Assembly (NCBI GenBank): GCA_964384055.1
Contig: CAYLIV010000010.1
Location: forward strand, 13,829 to 77,828
Direction of reading: 5' to 3'
From: an uncultured Fibrobacteraceae bacterium
GTDB taxonomy: Bacteria > Krumholzibacteriota > Krumholzibacteriia > LZORAL124-64-63
DNA length: 64,000 nt
The notes below the pieces were generated by a model. The model ran no database searches. It saw nothing but the letters and a program-made list of their open reading frames with translations, and was not told the DNA's origin. A program made the translations under genes and the position numbers. Position 1 is the first letter of the stretch, and the number at the start of each line of letters is the position of its first letter. Shown here one piece after another: positions 9,229 through 20,100 of the stretch.

Positions 9229-10374
9229 ATGAGCGATACATTCCTGTTCACCAGCGAATCCGTCACCGAAGGTCACCCCGACAAGGTCGCGGATCAGGTA
9301 TCCGATGCGGTCGTCGATGCCATCATGGCGGCGGATCCGAGCGGCCGCGTCGCCTGTGAAACCATGGTCACGACCGGTGTCGCCTTCGTTGCCGGCGAGA
9401 TCACCACGAATTCCTACGTGGATATACCCGCCCTCGTGCGCAATACCATCAAGCGTATCGGTTACGAATCGGCGGATTATGGCTTCGACTGCGCGACCTG
9501 TGCGGTGCTGACCTCCATCGACGAGCAGTCGTCGGATATCGCGATGGGCGTGGATACCGGAGGCGCCGGTGACCAGGGATTGATGTTCGGATACGCCTGC
9601 CGCGAGACCGATGTGCTGATGCCGTTGCCGATCACCGTCGCGCACCAGATCGCACGACAGCTGGCGGTCGTGCGCAAGCAAGGCGTCCTGCCCTGGGTGC
9701 GGCCCGACGGCAAGACGCAGGTCACCGCCCGTTACGAGGACAACCAGCCGGTGGCCATCGACACTGTCGTCGTCTCCACACAGCACGACCCTGATATCGG
9801 CGAGAGTGCGTTGCACGAGGCGATTCGCGTCGAGGTCATCGATCCGGTGCTCGCCCGTTACGAGATCAAACACGACGACTACAAGGCGCATATCAATCCG
9901 ACCGGTCGTTTCGTGGTGGGCGGTCCGCTGGGCGATTGCGGCTTGACGGGCCGCAAGATCATCGTCGACACTTACGGTGGCAGCGCCTGCCACGGCGGCG
10001 GCTGCTTCAGCGGCAAGGATTCCACGAAGGTCGATCGTTCCGGCGCCTACGCCGGGCGCTGGGTCGCCAAGAATATCGTGGCCGCCGGATTTGCCGATCG
10101 CTGCCAGGTACAGGTCGCCTACGCCATCGGCGTCGCGCAGCCGGTCTCCATCAGCGTCGATACCTACGGTACCGGCAAGCTCTCCGACAGCCGGATCACC
10201 GAGGCGGTGCGGCAGGTGTTCGACCTGACGCCCGGGGGCATCATCGAGCAACTGCAGCTACGTCGGCCGATCTTCGAAAAGACCGCCGCCTACGGGCACT
10301 TCGGCCGCGAGGAGGACGAGTTCACCTGGGAGCGTACCGACAAGGTCGATGCGCTCAAGGACGCTGCCGGTTAA
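9229..10374 (+). CDS. metK: S-adenosylmethionine synthetase
   Basis: Canonical MetK N-terminus ([27 protein letters not shown]) and full-length conservation over 381 aa. Confidence 0.97.
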   Translation: MSDTFLFTSESVTEGHPDKVADQVSDAVVDAIMAADPSGRVACETMVTTGVAFVAGEITTNSYVDIPALVRNTIKRIGYESADYGFDCATCAVLTSIDEQSSDIAMGVDTGGAGDQGLMFGYACRETDVLMPLPITVAHQIARQLAVVRKQGVLPWVRPDGKTQVTARYEDNQPVAIDTVVVSTQHDPDIGESALHEAIRVEVIDPVLARYEIKHDDYKAHINPTGRFVVGGPLGDCGLTGRKIIVDTYGGSACHGGGCFSGKDSTKVDRSGAYAGRWVAKNIVAAGFADRCQVQVAYAIGVAQPVSISVDTYGTGKLSDSRITEAVRQVFDLTPGGIIEQLQLRRPIFEKTAAYGHFGREEDEFTWERTDKVDALKDAAG

Positions 10375-10493
10375 GAGGGATCCTTGCGGGGGTTTGCTGG
10401 CGGTCCAAATACAGCGGCGTGATCGGTCCGCGACCGGTCACGCCGTTCGATAGCTGAACATATCTCCAACCGAACCAGACAACCGGCACGCCA

Positions 10494-11150
10494 TCACGGG
10501 GCGGGTACGACAACCTCGATGGGCATCTCCGCCGTCTTGATGACCGACTCCGTGAAATAATCGACTTCGAGCCGGATCGTGTCGAGCACCGCCGTGTCGG
10601 GCATGACCAGCGAAAACTCGTGCTCGGTGATCACGGTATCGAGCAGGGTCCACGTCGGCGCGAAGCGAGTATAACTCGTACTGTCGCCACGAACGACGTT
10701 GCAGGCTTGAATCTCGTAGCGGAACGTGACCACCGTATTGGTGTCGACCTGCGCCGTTTCGGGATCGCGGAACATCCACAGGTCAAAGGCTTCTGCACGA
10801 ACCTCGACTTCCATCGACCGGGTATCCTGCTTGCCCTCGGCGTCGGTGACGGTCAGGGTGACCTCGTAGATCCCCGGGTCGTCGTAACGGTTGTAGACCT
10901 GCGCCGTGGTGGCGGAGTTGCCATCGCCGAAGTCCCACTCGAACTCCAGGTACACGTTGCCGCCGGTCGGCGCGTCGAAGGGAACTCCGCCCGAGGCGAA
11001 TCCGCGGAATTCGGCATACAAGGGCGCAATACCGCATTGCTGCGAAACATCGAGCCTCGTGATCACCGGTAGGGTCGTGTCCTCGCTACACCCGGTGAAC
11101 AGACACGCGACGATGGCGGCCAAAAAGACAAGAACGCCGATTTTCTTCAT
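10494..11150 (-). CDS. PKD-domain lipoprotein
   Basis: Lipoprotein signal (MKKIGVLVFLAAIVACLFTGC) and a PKD-like motif (FEWDFGDGNSATTAQVYNRYDDPGIYEVTLTVTDAEG). The six-frame ORF extends to 11252. The ATG at 11150 gives a proper signal peptide. Confidence 0.6.
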   Translation of the reverse strand: MKKIGVLVFLAAIVACLFTGCSEDTTLPVITRLDVSQQCGIAPLYAEFRGFASGGVPFDAPTGGNVYLEFEWDFGDGNSATTAQVYNRYDDPGIYEVTLTVTDAEGKQDTRSMEVEVRAEAFDLWMFRDPETAQVDTNTVVTFRYEIQACNVVRGDSTSYTRFAPTWTLLDTVITEHEFSLVMPDTAVLDTIRLEVDYFTESVIKTAEMPIEVVVPAP

Positions 11151-11326
11151 ACGAATCACTAACTCCGTTGTGGGAGGGGGCAGCCCCAGTGATTGACATG
11201 CAGATGCGCGTAAACCGCGCGTCCCAGCCCTGGTCGTGCAGTCAATAAACAAAACTAGATCAGGTGAAGCAAGTAGTCCAGGGAAAAGGCTTTGGACCGT
11301 CGTGAATCCGCGCGTGGCGGCGGTTT

Positions 11327-12400
11327 TCAGCGCCGGGCACGCAGATACAGGATCCAGCCCGCCAGTCCGTAGGTGACGTTGCCGGCCCAGCCCGCCACCA
11401 GCGGCGGCAGCACACCGGCGTGGCCGAGGGAGCGACCGAAATTCATGAACAGGTAGTAGATGAAGCTGATCCCGATGGTCAGGCCGAATCCCGAGGCGAT
11501 GGTCGTCTTGCGTGGACCGGAAGCCAGCAGAATGCCCAGCAGCACAACGATTAGGTTCACCAGTGGAAACGCGATCTGGAACTGGATGTCCACCTGCACC
11601 GCGGTGGGATCGCCGCCCGTTTCGCTGACCAGTTGCCGGTGGGTGAACAGCTGGCTCAGGTTCATGTCCTCCTGCTTGATCCGTTCGCGGTAGAGCCCCT
11701 CAGGCGTGAGGGCCAGATCCGACGCCGTCAGTTCCTCGAAGGGAAAGGTCTGCTCCCGGCCGTCGACGAAAATCCGGCGTGTGCCGTTGCTGAGGATCCA
11801 GTGCCGGCCGTCCCAGCGCGCCGAGGCGGCGTCGATCCGCTCGACGACCTGGGAATCTCGTTTCGAGACGACCTTCAGATCCGTAACGATGTTCTCGGTG
11901 GGATTGAAGCGGCGGGCGAGGTAGAAACGGTCATCGCTGCCGACGACCGCGATGTTCTTGGTCGTGCGGACCTTGTCCGGTCGCCCGTGGATCTCCACCT
12001 CCCAGATCCTTTCGCTGGCCCGGTTGCCGCGGGGCAGCACGTACTCCCGCCAGGCCAGCGACACCAGCACCATGACGGCCGCCGTCCACAGCAGCGGGCG
12101 CGAGACGCGCATCAGGGACAGGCCGGCGGCGAACAGCGCGGTCAGTTCGAGGTAGCGCGCCATGCTGCCGATGGTGAACAGCGTGGCCATGAGCAAGGCG
12201 ATGGGCAGGCAGGTATCGACGATCCAGGCGCCCTTGTACAGGTAGTAGCGGCCGACCATGGCGAGGGTGGCGTCGTTGTCGATAAAGGAGCCCAGATGGT
12301 CGAACAGATCGACCAGGCTGAAGAGGATGACCGCTCCGGCCATGGTGTAGCCGAAATAGCGCAGGAAGGCGCTCAGGACGAGGCGATGAACCAGGCTCAT
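11327..12400 (-). CDS. lptG: LPS export ABC transporter permease LptG (YjgP/YjgQ family)
   Basis: 357 aa with six-TM YjgP/YjgQ topology and a periplasmic beta-jellyroll insert. Paired with lptF by an ATGA overlap. Confidence 0.8.
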   Translation of the reverse strand: MSLVHRLVLSAFLRYFGYTMAGAVILFSLVDLFDHLGSFIDNDATLAMVGRYYLYKGAWIVDTCLPIALLMATLFTIGSMARYLELTALFAAGLSLMRVSRPLLWTAAVMVLVSLAWREYVLPRGNRASERIWEVEIHGRPDKVRTTKNIAVVGSDDRFYLARRFNPTENIVTDLKVVSKRDSQVVERIDAASARWDGRHWILSNGTRRIFVDGREQTFPFEELTASDLALTPEGLYRERIKQEDMNLSQLFTHRQLVSETGGDPTAVQVDIQFQIAFPLVNLIVVLLGILLASGPRKTTIASGFGLTIGISFIYYLFMNFGRSLGHAGVLPPLVAGWAGNVTYGLAGWILYLRARR

Positions 12401-13803
12401 GATGTACTACTCTTCCGGCCGGCGGACGGGGCCCGCGGCTTGATGGTGAAGCTGAAGAGCGTGGATTCGCGAACGGTCCGTACAAAAATGGGGACGGCGA
12501 TGCCTATCAGCAGAATATTCGCCAGCCACATGGAGATCGCCGGATCGAGCAGGCCGCGGTCGGCGAGCTTCTCGCCGCCCGACAGGCAGAGATAGTAGAA
12601 GAGGTACACGGCCAGCGCGAGACTCACCGAGATGCCCTTGCCGCTGCGCGAGGTCGTCACGGCCATGGGTACGCCGATCAGGGCGAAGGCGAGGCAGGCG
12701 CAGGGAATGGCGAACTTCTTGTGGAACTCCACCAGATACCGATTGCCGCGCGCAAGGTAGTTCTGTCGGATCTTTTCCTGATAGCGCGCCTGATTGGCGG
12801 CGCCGGTGACCTTCTGCTGGGTTGCCGTGAACATGGCGACCCTGGCGGCGGGATTGGGTCTGCCGGTCCGCGAGTTGCCACGCCTGAGCAAGCGACCTCG
12901 TTTCTCGGGATCCAGCAACTGCCACTGGTAGGCCAGCAGTTCGCCGATCGACTGCTCGACATTGCCGCGAACCTCGGTCTGTCGTTCCTGCTCCTTGCTG
13001 GCGGCGGCCAGCAGGTCGGTCAGGTTCATCTCGCGGTCCCCGCGGGTACGGCGCTGCGAATCCCGGTAGTCGCGTTCGACGTTCTCCAGGTGCAGCCGGT
13101 GTTCTTCGAAACGCACGACCTGGTAGCGATCCGGCCGTTCCCGGTCGGGACGCTCGTGGATTTCCCCGTTGTAGAGCTCGATGAGCATGGCGTCGGTTTC
13201 GTGAAAGGCGGTGATCTTGCCGTGCTCGGCGATGATCAGGCGGGGCGAGAGGTCCTGGGGATCCTGTCGCTCGATAATGGTCACATCGGTGATGTGTCCG
13301 GTCTTGTCATCCTTCTCGCGCACGAAGATGGTTTTTTCGCCCGTCAGGTCGGTGAATTGATGCGGACGAATTTCCATCATTGGCTTTTTCTTGCTGATGT
13401 CGTAAACAAGATTGGCGAGTCGATGGTTCGATTCGGGGAAAATGAAGTGGTTGTAGGCGATGTTGAGGGCCGCGATCAGGCCGGCGCCCAGCAACAGCGG
13501 TTTGAGCACGGAAACGAGTCCGATGCCGCTGGCCTTCAGTGCGGTAATCTCATGATCCGCCGCCAGTTGGCCAACGCCCATCAGGATGCCGACGAGCACG
13601 GCCATTGGTACGGTTAATGCAATCGTGTGACCGAGGCTCAGAATTAAGACCTCTGTTGCCTGCAGGAAGGGAACCCCTTTCATTACAAAGAGATCGACGT
13701 ACCGGTAGAGCGTCTGTATCATCATCAGAAACGTGCTGACGAACAGGCCGAACCAGAACGGCCCGGTTATGGAACTCAGCAAGTGTCGATAAATAAGGTA
13801 CAT
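12397..13803 (-). CDS. lptF: LPS export ABC transporter permease LptF (YjgP/YjgQ family), with an enlarged periplasmic domain
   Basis: YjgP/YjgQ family with a first TM of the form MYLIYRHLLSSITGPFWFGL. At 468 aa it is longer than typical. Confidence 0.8.
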   Translation of the reverse strand: MYLIYRHLLSSITGPFWFGLFVSTFLMMIQTLYRYVDLFVMKGVPFLQATEVLILSLGHTIALTVPMAVLVGILMGVGQLAADHEITALKASGIGLVSVLKPLLLGAGLIAALNIAYNHFIFPESNHRLANLVYDISKKKPMMEIRPHQFTDLTGEKTIFVREKDDKTGHITDVTIIERQDPQDLSPRLIIAEHGKITAFHETDAMLIELYNGEIHERPDRERPDRYQVVRFEEHRLHLENVERDYRDSQRRTRGDREMNLTDLLAAASKEQERQTEVRGNVEQSIGELLAYQWQLLDPEKRGRLLRRGNSRTGRPNPAARVAMFTATQQKVTGAANQARYQEKIRQNYLARGNRYLVEFHKKFAIPCACLAFALIGVPMAVTTSRSGKGISVSLALAVYLFYYLCLSGGEKLADRGLLDPAISMWLANILLIGIAVPIFVRTVRESTLFSFTIKPRAPSAGRKSSTS

Positions 13804-14119
13804 CGGCTGTTACCGGATCTTCCCTTCCGCGTTTTTTCCGCCTCTGGCAACCGGTCCTTTTCCCGCACTCGGGCACCCCTACCCCTCCTGCCCGACCGGA
13901 TGGAGCCGTTCGGACCGGACGAGAACGGTCGCCTAAACCGCCGGCGGCGGTGTCGGCCCCGGTGGCGGACAGCGACCAGTACCGGGGGCAGGCTGACCAA
14001 TTTCGGGGACGCGGTCGACTCGGCGATCAAGAACTAGGAGCGTCGAACCGATCGACTTTCGCGTCTCCTGGGCAGTCGGGCGGAAGCTAGTGTAACGGAT
14101 TTCCAAGGAGTGTCGACTG

Positions 14120-17100
14120 TTGACATCGCTTCACGCAATTTTTGCGACGCTCCTTCAATGTTGCGGCCGAACCGGCGCCCGACCGGCTCGACCGTTGTTG
14201 TCATCGGCGCGACCGTGGCACCGGCGAGTACCGGCGCCCGGCTCCAGGCCGCCGGGGCTGCCGGCGGTGATCGTCGTGGCGACGATCCTGGCGGCGCTGA
14301 CCCCCGGCAACGCCTGGTGCGACCCGGACTACGGCACGTTTTTCCTGCCCGGACTCGATCCTGTGCTCAGGGCGACGGACGATCCGCGACTGCTCGGTGT
14401 CGACCGTCTCGACCTGCGGCAGCGCCTGTTGCGGCTGGGTATCGACCCGCTGAAAGAACCGCAGGCGCGACCGACACTCTATACGACCTTCCGCGCGCAC
14501 CTGCTGGCCAGGATGAACCTCGACTTCGAGCGACAGGTGGAGGTGCTGGAGAACAACGGTCGACTCGGGATATTTTCTCGTTTCCGGTACCCCGAGTACT
14601 TCTTTCTGTTCCGGAATCCGGAAACGCTGCCCGGTGGTTTTCTCTATTACCCGCCCCGCCGGATCGAGGCCGAAGAGGTCGAGCTGTTCCTCGACGATCC
14701 CGACCTGCGGCTTGCGCGCAGCCAGGGCGTGGCGCAGATCGCTGAACGCCGCGATATGCTCAACATCATGGGCGCCCAGCAACGCGCCGAACGCGACCGC
14801 GGACTGATCAACCTGACCATCCCGGTCAAGTTGCCGCGCACGCTGGAAAAGATCATCGGCCGCGGCGAGAAGACCCAGATCCGGATCAGCGGTCGCGAGC
14901 ACATCTCCATCGCCGGCGAGAGTTCGGTCAGCAACCAGTTCGTCCCCAACGAGCGTGTCTCGAGCCAGTCGCTCTTCCCGACCCTGGACATGGAGCAACA
15001 GCTCCAGATCAACCTCAACGGCACCATCGGCGAGAAGATCAAGATCGACGTGGAGCACAACAGCCAGGCCATCGGTTCGGAGGGCACCAAGATCCGGCTG
15101 ACCTACGAGGGCACCGAGGACGAGATCGTCAAGACCATCGAGACCGGCGACGTGGGCCTGACCCTGCCGGGCGCCCAGTTGCTCGGCTACAGTTCCAACA
15201 AGTCGGGACTGTTCGGCGTCAAGGTCACCGGCCAGGTGGGACGGGCCGACTTCACCGTCGTGGCCAGCAAGCAGAAATCCGAATCGGCGGCCAAGTCGTT
15301 CAACAGCCAGGGCGGCGAGGTGGGCGAGCACATCATCGAGTCGTCCGACTACATCAACAACCGTTTCTTCCGGCTGGATCTGCCGCCGTTCGGCGGCGTC
15401 TTCGACACGCCGGACGTGCCGGGCCGCACCGACGGCGTGGAATTCATCGATCCCAACTCCATTCTGGTCTACAAGTTCATCGGTGCGGTCACGCCGGGCG
15501 AGAACGACATCGACAACGTGGCGGTGGCGGTGGACTCGACCGGTACCTGGGACGGCAACAGCCTGCTGCACCCCGACGAGACCATCGGCGACCACGATGT
15601 CTGGATACCGCGCGAGCGCTGGCGGGCCATCGAGTTCGAACTCTGGGTCGACCAGCAGGGAAATTTCGTCGCCATCGATCTGGGCCGGGAGATGGACGAG
15701 GACGATCTGCTGGCCGTGGTCTACAACGTCGTCGATGCCGACGGCGAGTTGCTGTATGCCGTCGGCGATCGACCGGGAGCCGACGAGACGCGACCGCTGG
15801 TCCTCGACGACGTGGCTTACCTGCGCATGAAGTTGCTCAAACCATCCCGCAACTTCCGCGATCCGCACACCTTCCAGTACGTTCTGCGCAATATCTATCG
15901 GCTGGGCGGGACCAACATCGACGCCCAGTCCTTCGACCTGCGCCTGGAATACAAGTCGCAGGGAGAGCATCCCGAGCTGGAATCCGCCAGCCAGCTGCCG
16001 TGGATCCAGGTATTCGGACTCGATCTGACCGACGCCGGCGGCAATCCGACCCCGGACGGGCTGGTGGACAAGGCCGATCCACTGCTTTTCGACCTGCGCA
16101 ACGGATTGTTGAAGTTCCCGCTGTACATGCCCCGGCCGTTCGCCGCGGAGGCGGATCTGTACGAGACCTACGCCAACGACACGGGCTTCGACGCCGAGTC
16201 ATCGGTCCTGTTCAACGCCGAGGGACAGCCGGTCATGGCTCCGCTGTACGACTGGGAAACCACGCCGAACCTCTACTCCCAGCACAGCAAGTTCCAGTTC
16301 GTCGTCCAGAGCGCCGCCGCCTCGAGTTCGTTCAACCTGGGTGTGTCGAATATCGAGGAGGGCTCCGAGTCGGTGATCCTGGACGGCCGTACCCTGACCC
16401 GCGACGTGGACTACGAGATCGACTACATGTTCGGCGAGGTCGAGCTCAAGGGCGACGCGGCGGCCAGCCTGACCGCCGACAGCCAGATCTCGGTCAACTA
16501 TCAGTACGCGCCGTTCTTCGGGGGCGGTCAGAGCAATCTGCTGGGCTTGCACGTGGGCTACGATCTCGGCCAGCAGAGTCAGCTGACCACCGCCTGGCTC
16601 TACGAATCGAACCAGATCATCGGCGAGAAGGCCAAGCTCGGGGAGGAGCCGAGCCGTACCGTGGTCGGCAACGTGGCCCTGAACCACACCTTCAAGCCCT
16701 ACTTCCTGACCCACGTGGCGAACTTCCTGAGCCGACGCGACAGCGAGCGTGAGAGCAGCCTGCAGCTCAACAGCGAGCTGGCCATCAGCCTGCCCAATCC
16801 CAACACCAAGGGCAACGCCTACCTCGAGGATTTCGAGGGTATCGACTCCTCGGACCTGGTCTCCCTGGCCCGGATCGGCTGGTCCTGGGCCAGCGCGCCG
16901 GTGGACAGCAACAACCTGTTCACCCTCGCGCCCGAGGACCGCGTCGAGACCCGCTGGTTCCTGCCCAAGGAACGCGTGAAGCGACTCTATCTGAACCCGG
17001 AGCTGCAGGACCGCGAGCGCGACGAGACCCAGCAGGCCTTGCACCTGTTCATGAAAGCCGGCTCCGACGGCTGGCAGCCGTCGAACTGGGGCGGCATCAT

Positions 17101-20100
17101 GCGCAGCCTCAGCCGCGTCGGCCTGGATCTGTCCAAGAGCCAGTTCGTGGAATTCTGGCTCAACGACGACCAGCAGGATATCCTGGATCGTCGTGGTACG
17201 CTGCACATCGACTTCGGCTACCTCAGCGAGGATTTCTTCTGGCCCGAGGACGACGAGGGCAATCTGGAGATCGGTACCTGGCAGTTCGAGGACGCCAATC
17301 GCGACGGTGTGTTCACCCACGAGGAAGACGTGGGCCTCGATGGCGTGACCGGCAACGACGTTTACGGCGCCGAGTACGGGAGCGCCGCCGATCCGTTCGC
17401 GAGCATCAACGGCACCGAGGCCAACAACCGCGAAGACGACGAGGACATCAACGGCAACACGGTGCAGGATCGCGACAGCGGCTACTTCTCCATCGCCATC
17501 GATCTGGCCGAGGACGCGGCGCTGGTCGACGTCGCCCAGGAGTATGCGGACCAGCCCGACGTCATCGAGAAGCTCAACGGCTCGGCCTGGCGCAAGTACC
17601 GGATCCGGCTGGGCGATGTCGAGGAGGCCCGGCCCGCCAGCGGCGGCACCACGCCCGATATTCACGCCGTGACCCATATCCGCGTCTGGTACGAGGACAC
17701 CGAGGCCGGCGCTCCCGAAACGGTGGACCTGCAGCTGTCGGAACTGAGCTTCCTGGGCAGCCGCTGGGAACGTGAGGGTATCCGGCTCGCCGCCACGGAA
17801 GAGTTGCTGGCTGAACCGGATCCCGACGAGGGTTTCTTCATCGGCGAGATCAACAACAAGGAAGACGCGAATTACGAGCCGCCGCCCGATCTGCCGATTC
17901 GGGTGGTCAACCGGATACCGGAACTGGAACAGTCCCTGGTGCTCGATTTTCGCAATCTCAGGTCCGATCACATGATCCGGACCAGCAAGCTGGTCTCGCC
18001 GCGCGGCGACGACTACACCCTCTACGACCGCCTCTCCTGGTACTGGTACAATACCGACACGAGTCTCAACGACGTCGATCTGTTTTTCCGCGTCGGCGCC
18101 GACACGCTCAACTACTACGAGGTCAGCTACCGCTTTTCCCAGTCGGACACACCGCTGGGGTGGGAGCATCTGAGTATCGACATGGCCGAATTGGCCAATA
18201 CCAAGGAAGCGTTGCAGGACACGGTCAGCTCGACCATCAACGACGCCGAAACGGGCGCGACCTACAACGTGCGCGTCATCGGTCATCCGGACCTGCGACG
18301 CGTCAAGACCTACTACTTCGGTGTTGTCAACAACACCGACGCCAACGTCTCCGGCGTGTTCTACATGAACGACGTGCGCCTGGAAGGGGTCAAACGCGAG
18401 ATGGGTCTTGCCGAGCGGATCGCGCTGCGCCTCAACATGGCGGACGTGATCAAGGTGGACTTCGACTGGTCGCAGCGCGATGCGGAATTCCACGGCCTGA
18501 ACAGCAAGACCGGCCAGGGTTACCGCAACGAAGACTGGAATCTGAGTACGAACCTGAAGATCGACGATTTCATACCCTTGCTCGGATTCACCATGCCCAT
18601 CAGCCTCAGCCGGCGCCAGAACGTCCAGGAACCGAAATACGAGACCAACAGCGACATCGAGATCCTCGATGGGGCCCGGGTCAGCGCCCTGTCCACCATC
18701 GAGGAGCGGGAGAGCTTCTCGGCGCGGCTCAGCCACACGCCATCCCGCGCGGCCATCCCGCGCTATGTCGTCGATCCCTGGTCGTTCTCGGTCAGCGGAT
18801 CACAGTCGAACAAGAAGAGTCCCCTCGAGCGTTCGGATCAGAAGTCGCTGCAGGGATCGGTCAACTACGACCTGCGCATCCCCGGCAACTACCGGCTGGG
18901 CGCCTATCCGTTGCTGTCGCTGGTGCCGCTGGTCAAGGGCCTGTCGATCGTCCCCAAGAAAGTCAGCTTCGGCGGCACCTTCAACAATACCGATAACCAG
19001 TCCCTGGTGCTCGATCTGGCCGGTAACCAGACACCTCGGCCGCGGGTGACCAGCGAGCGCGGCACGCTGAGCGGAGCCATCGAACACGAACTGCTCTCGA
19101 TCGTGTCGGCGGGATACAACATCAGCTCGGACCGTGATCTGGAACGCGAGAAGCAGGTAGGCGGCGTCAATATCGGCGAGGAGATCAATTTTTCGCAGGA
19201 TTTCCGACTCACCTTCAAGGTGCCCAAGGCGACCGAGCTGAAGGGCAAGTTCTACTATCCGCTGCGCCTGGCGGTGAAGGGATTGAACAAGATACGGCCG
19301 ACACTCAACTTCAATGGCGGCTTTGCCGACAATCACGACCCGAACATCCGGCAGGCGGGCGATCCGCCGAACATCCGGAGCGTGAGCAACAACGGCAACT
19401 GGGAATTCCGCTTCAAATTGCCCGTCGGCGATGTGTTCAAGTCCGTTTTCCCGGAACGGAAACACACCGACACCGAAAGGCAGCGTCTGATCGAACAACA
19501 GCGCCGGATCAACCAGCAGGATCGGCGCGGGCGAGGCGGTCGGCCCGGTGCCGAAGGCCAGACCGAGGATCCGCAACTGGAGAATCTCACGCCCGAAGAA
19601 CGGTTGCGGCGCGAGGAAGAGCGTCTGTTGCGAGAAGCTGAGCAGCGTCTGGACGAGGAGCAGGAGCGTGAGCAGGAACGGCAGCGCCGGGCCGCACGAC
19701 TGGCCGAGCGCGGCATCGTACAACCCGAGGTGCCCGACGCGTCGGCCGACTCCAGCGGCGTGGTGCCGCCGGCAGCGGCCGCGGCGGCGGCGGACAGCAC
19801 CACCGTGTCGCCACCCGTGCAGCCGGCCGGGCCCGCCGGCGCCGCGCCCGATTCCACGGCGACGACGCCGGAAAGCGCCGAGCCTCCGTCCCTGCCCGCC
19901 GGCACCGCGCTTGCCGATAGCACCGCCGTGCCGAAAGTTGCCGATCGAACGGCGCTCGCCGATACGACTGCCGCGCCGACCGTTGCCGAAAGAACGGCGC
20001 CCGCCGATACCACCGCCGCGCCAACCGGGCCCGAAGGGGCAGCGCCCGCCGATACCACCGCCGCGCCAACCGGGCCCGAAGGGGCAGCGCCCGCCGATAC

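Noticed and set aside
10375-10493. Imperfect 13-bp palindrome (ggcgtgatcggtc-cgcg-gaccggtcacgcc) between convergent metK and the PKD lipoprotein gene
   Set aside because: It is plausibly a weak bidirectional terminator, but there is no U/A tract, so it is not listed as a feature.
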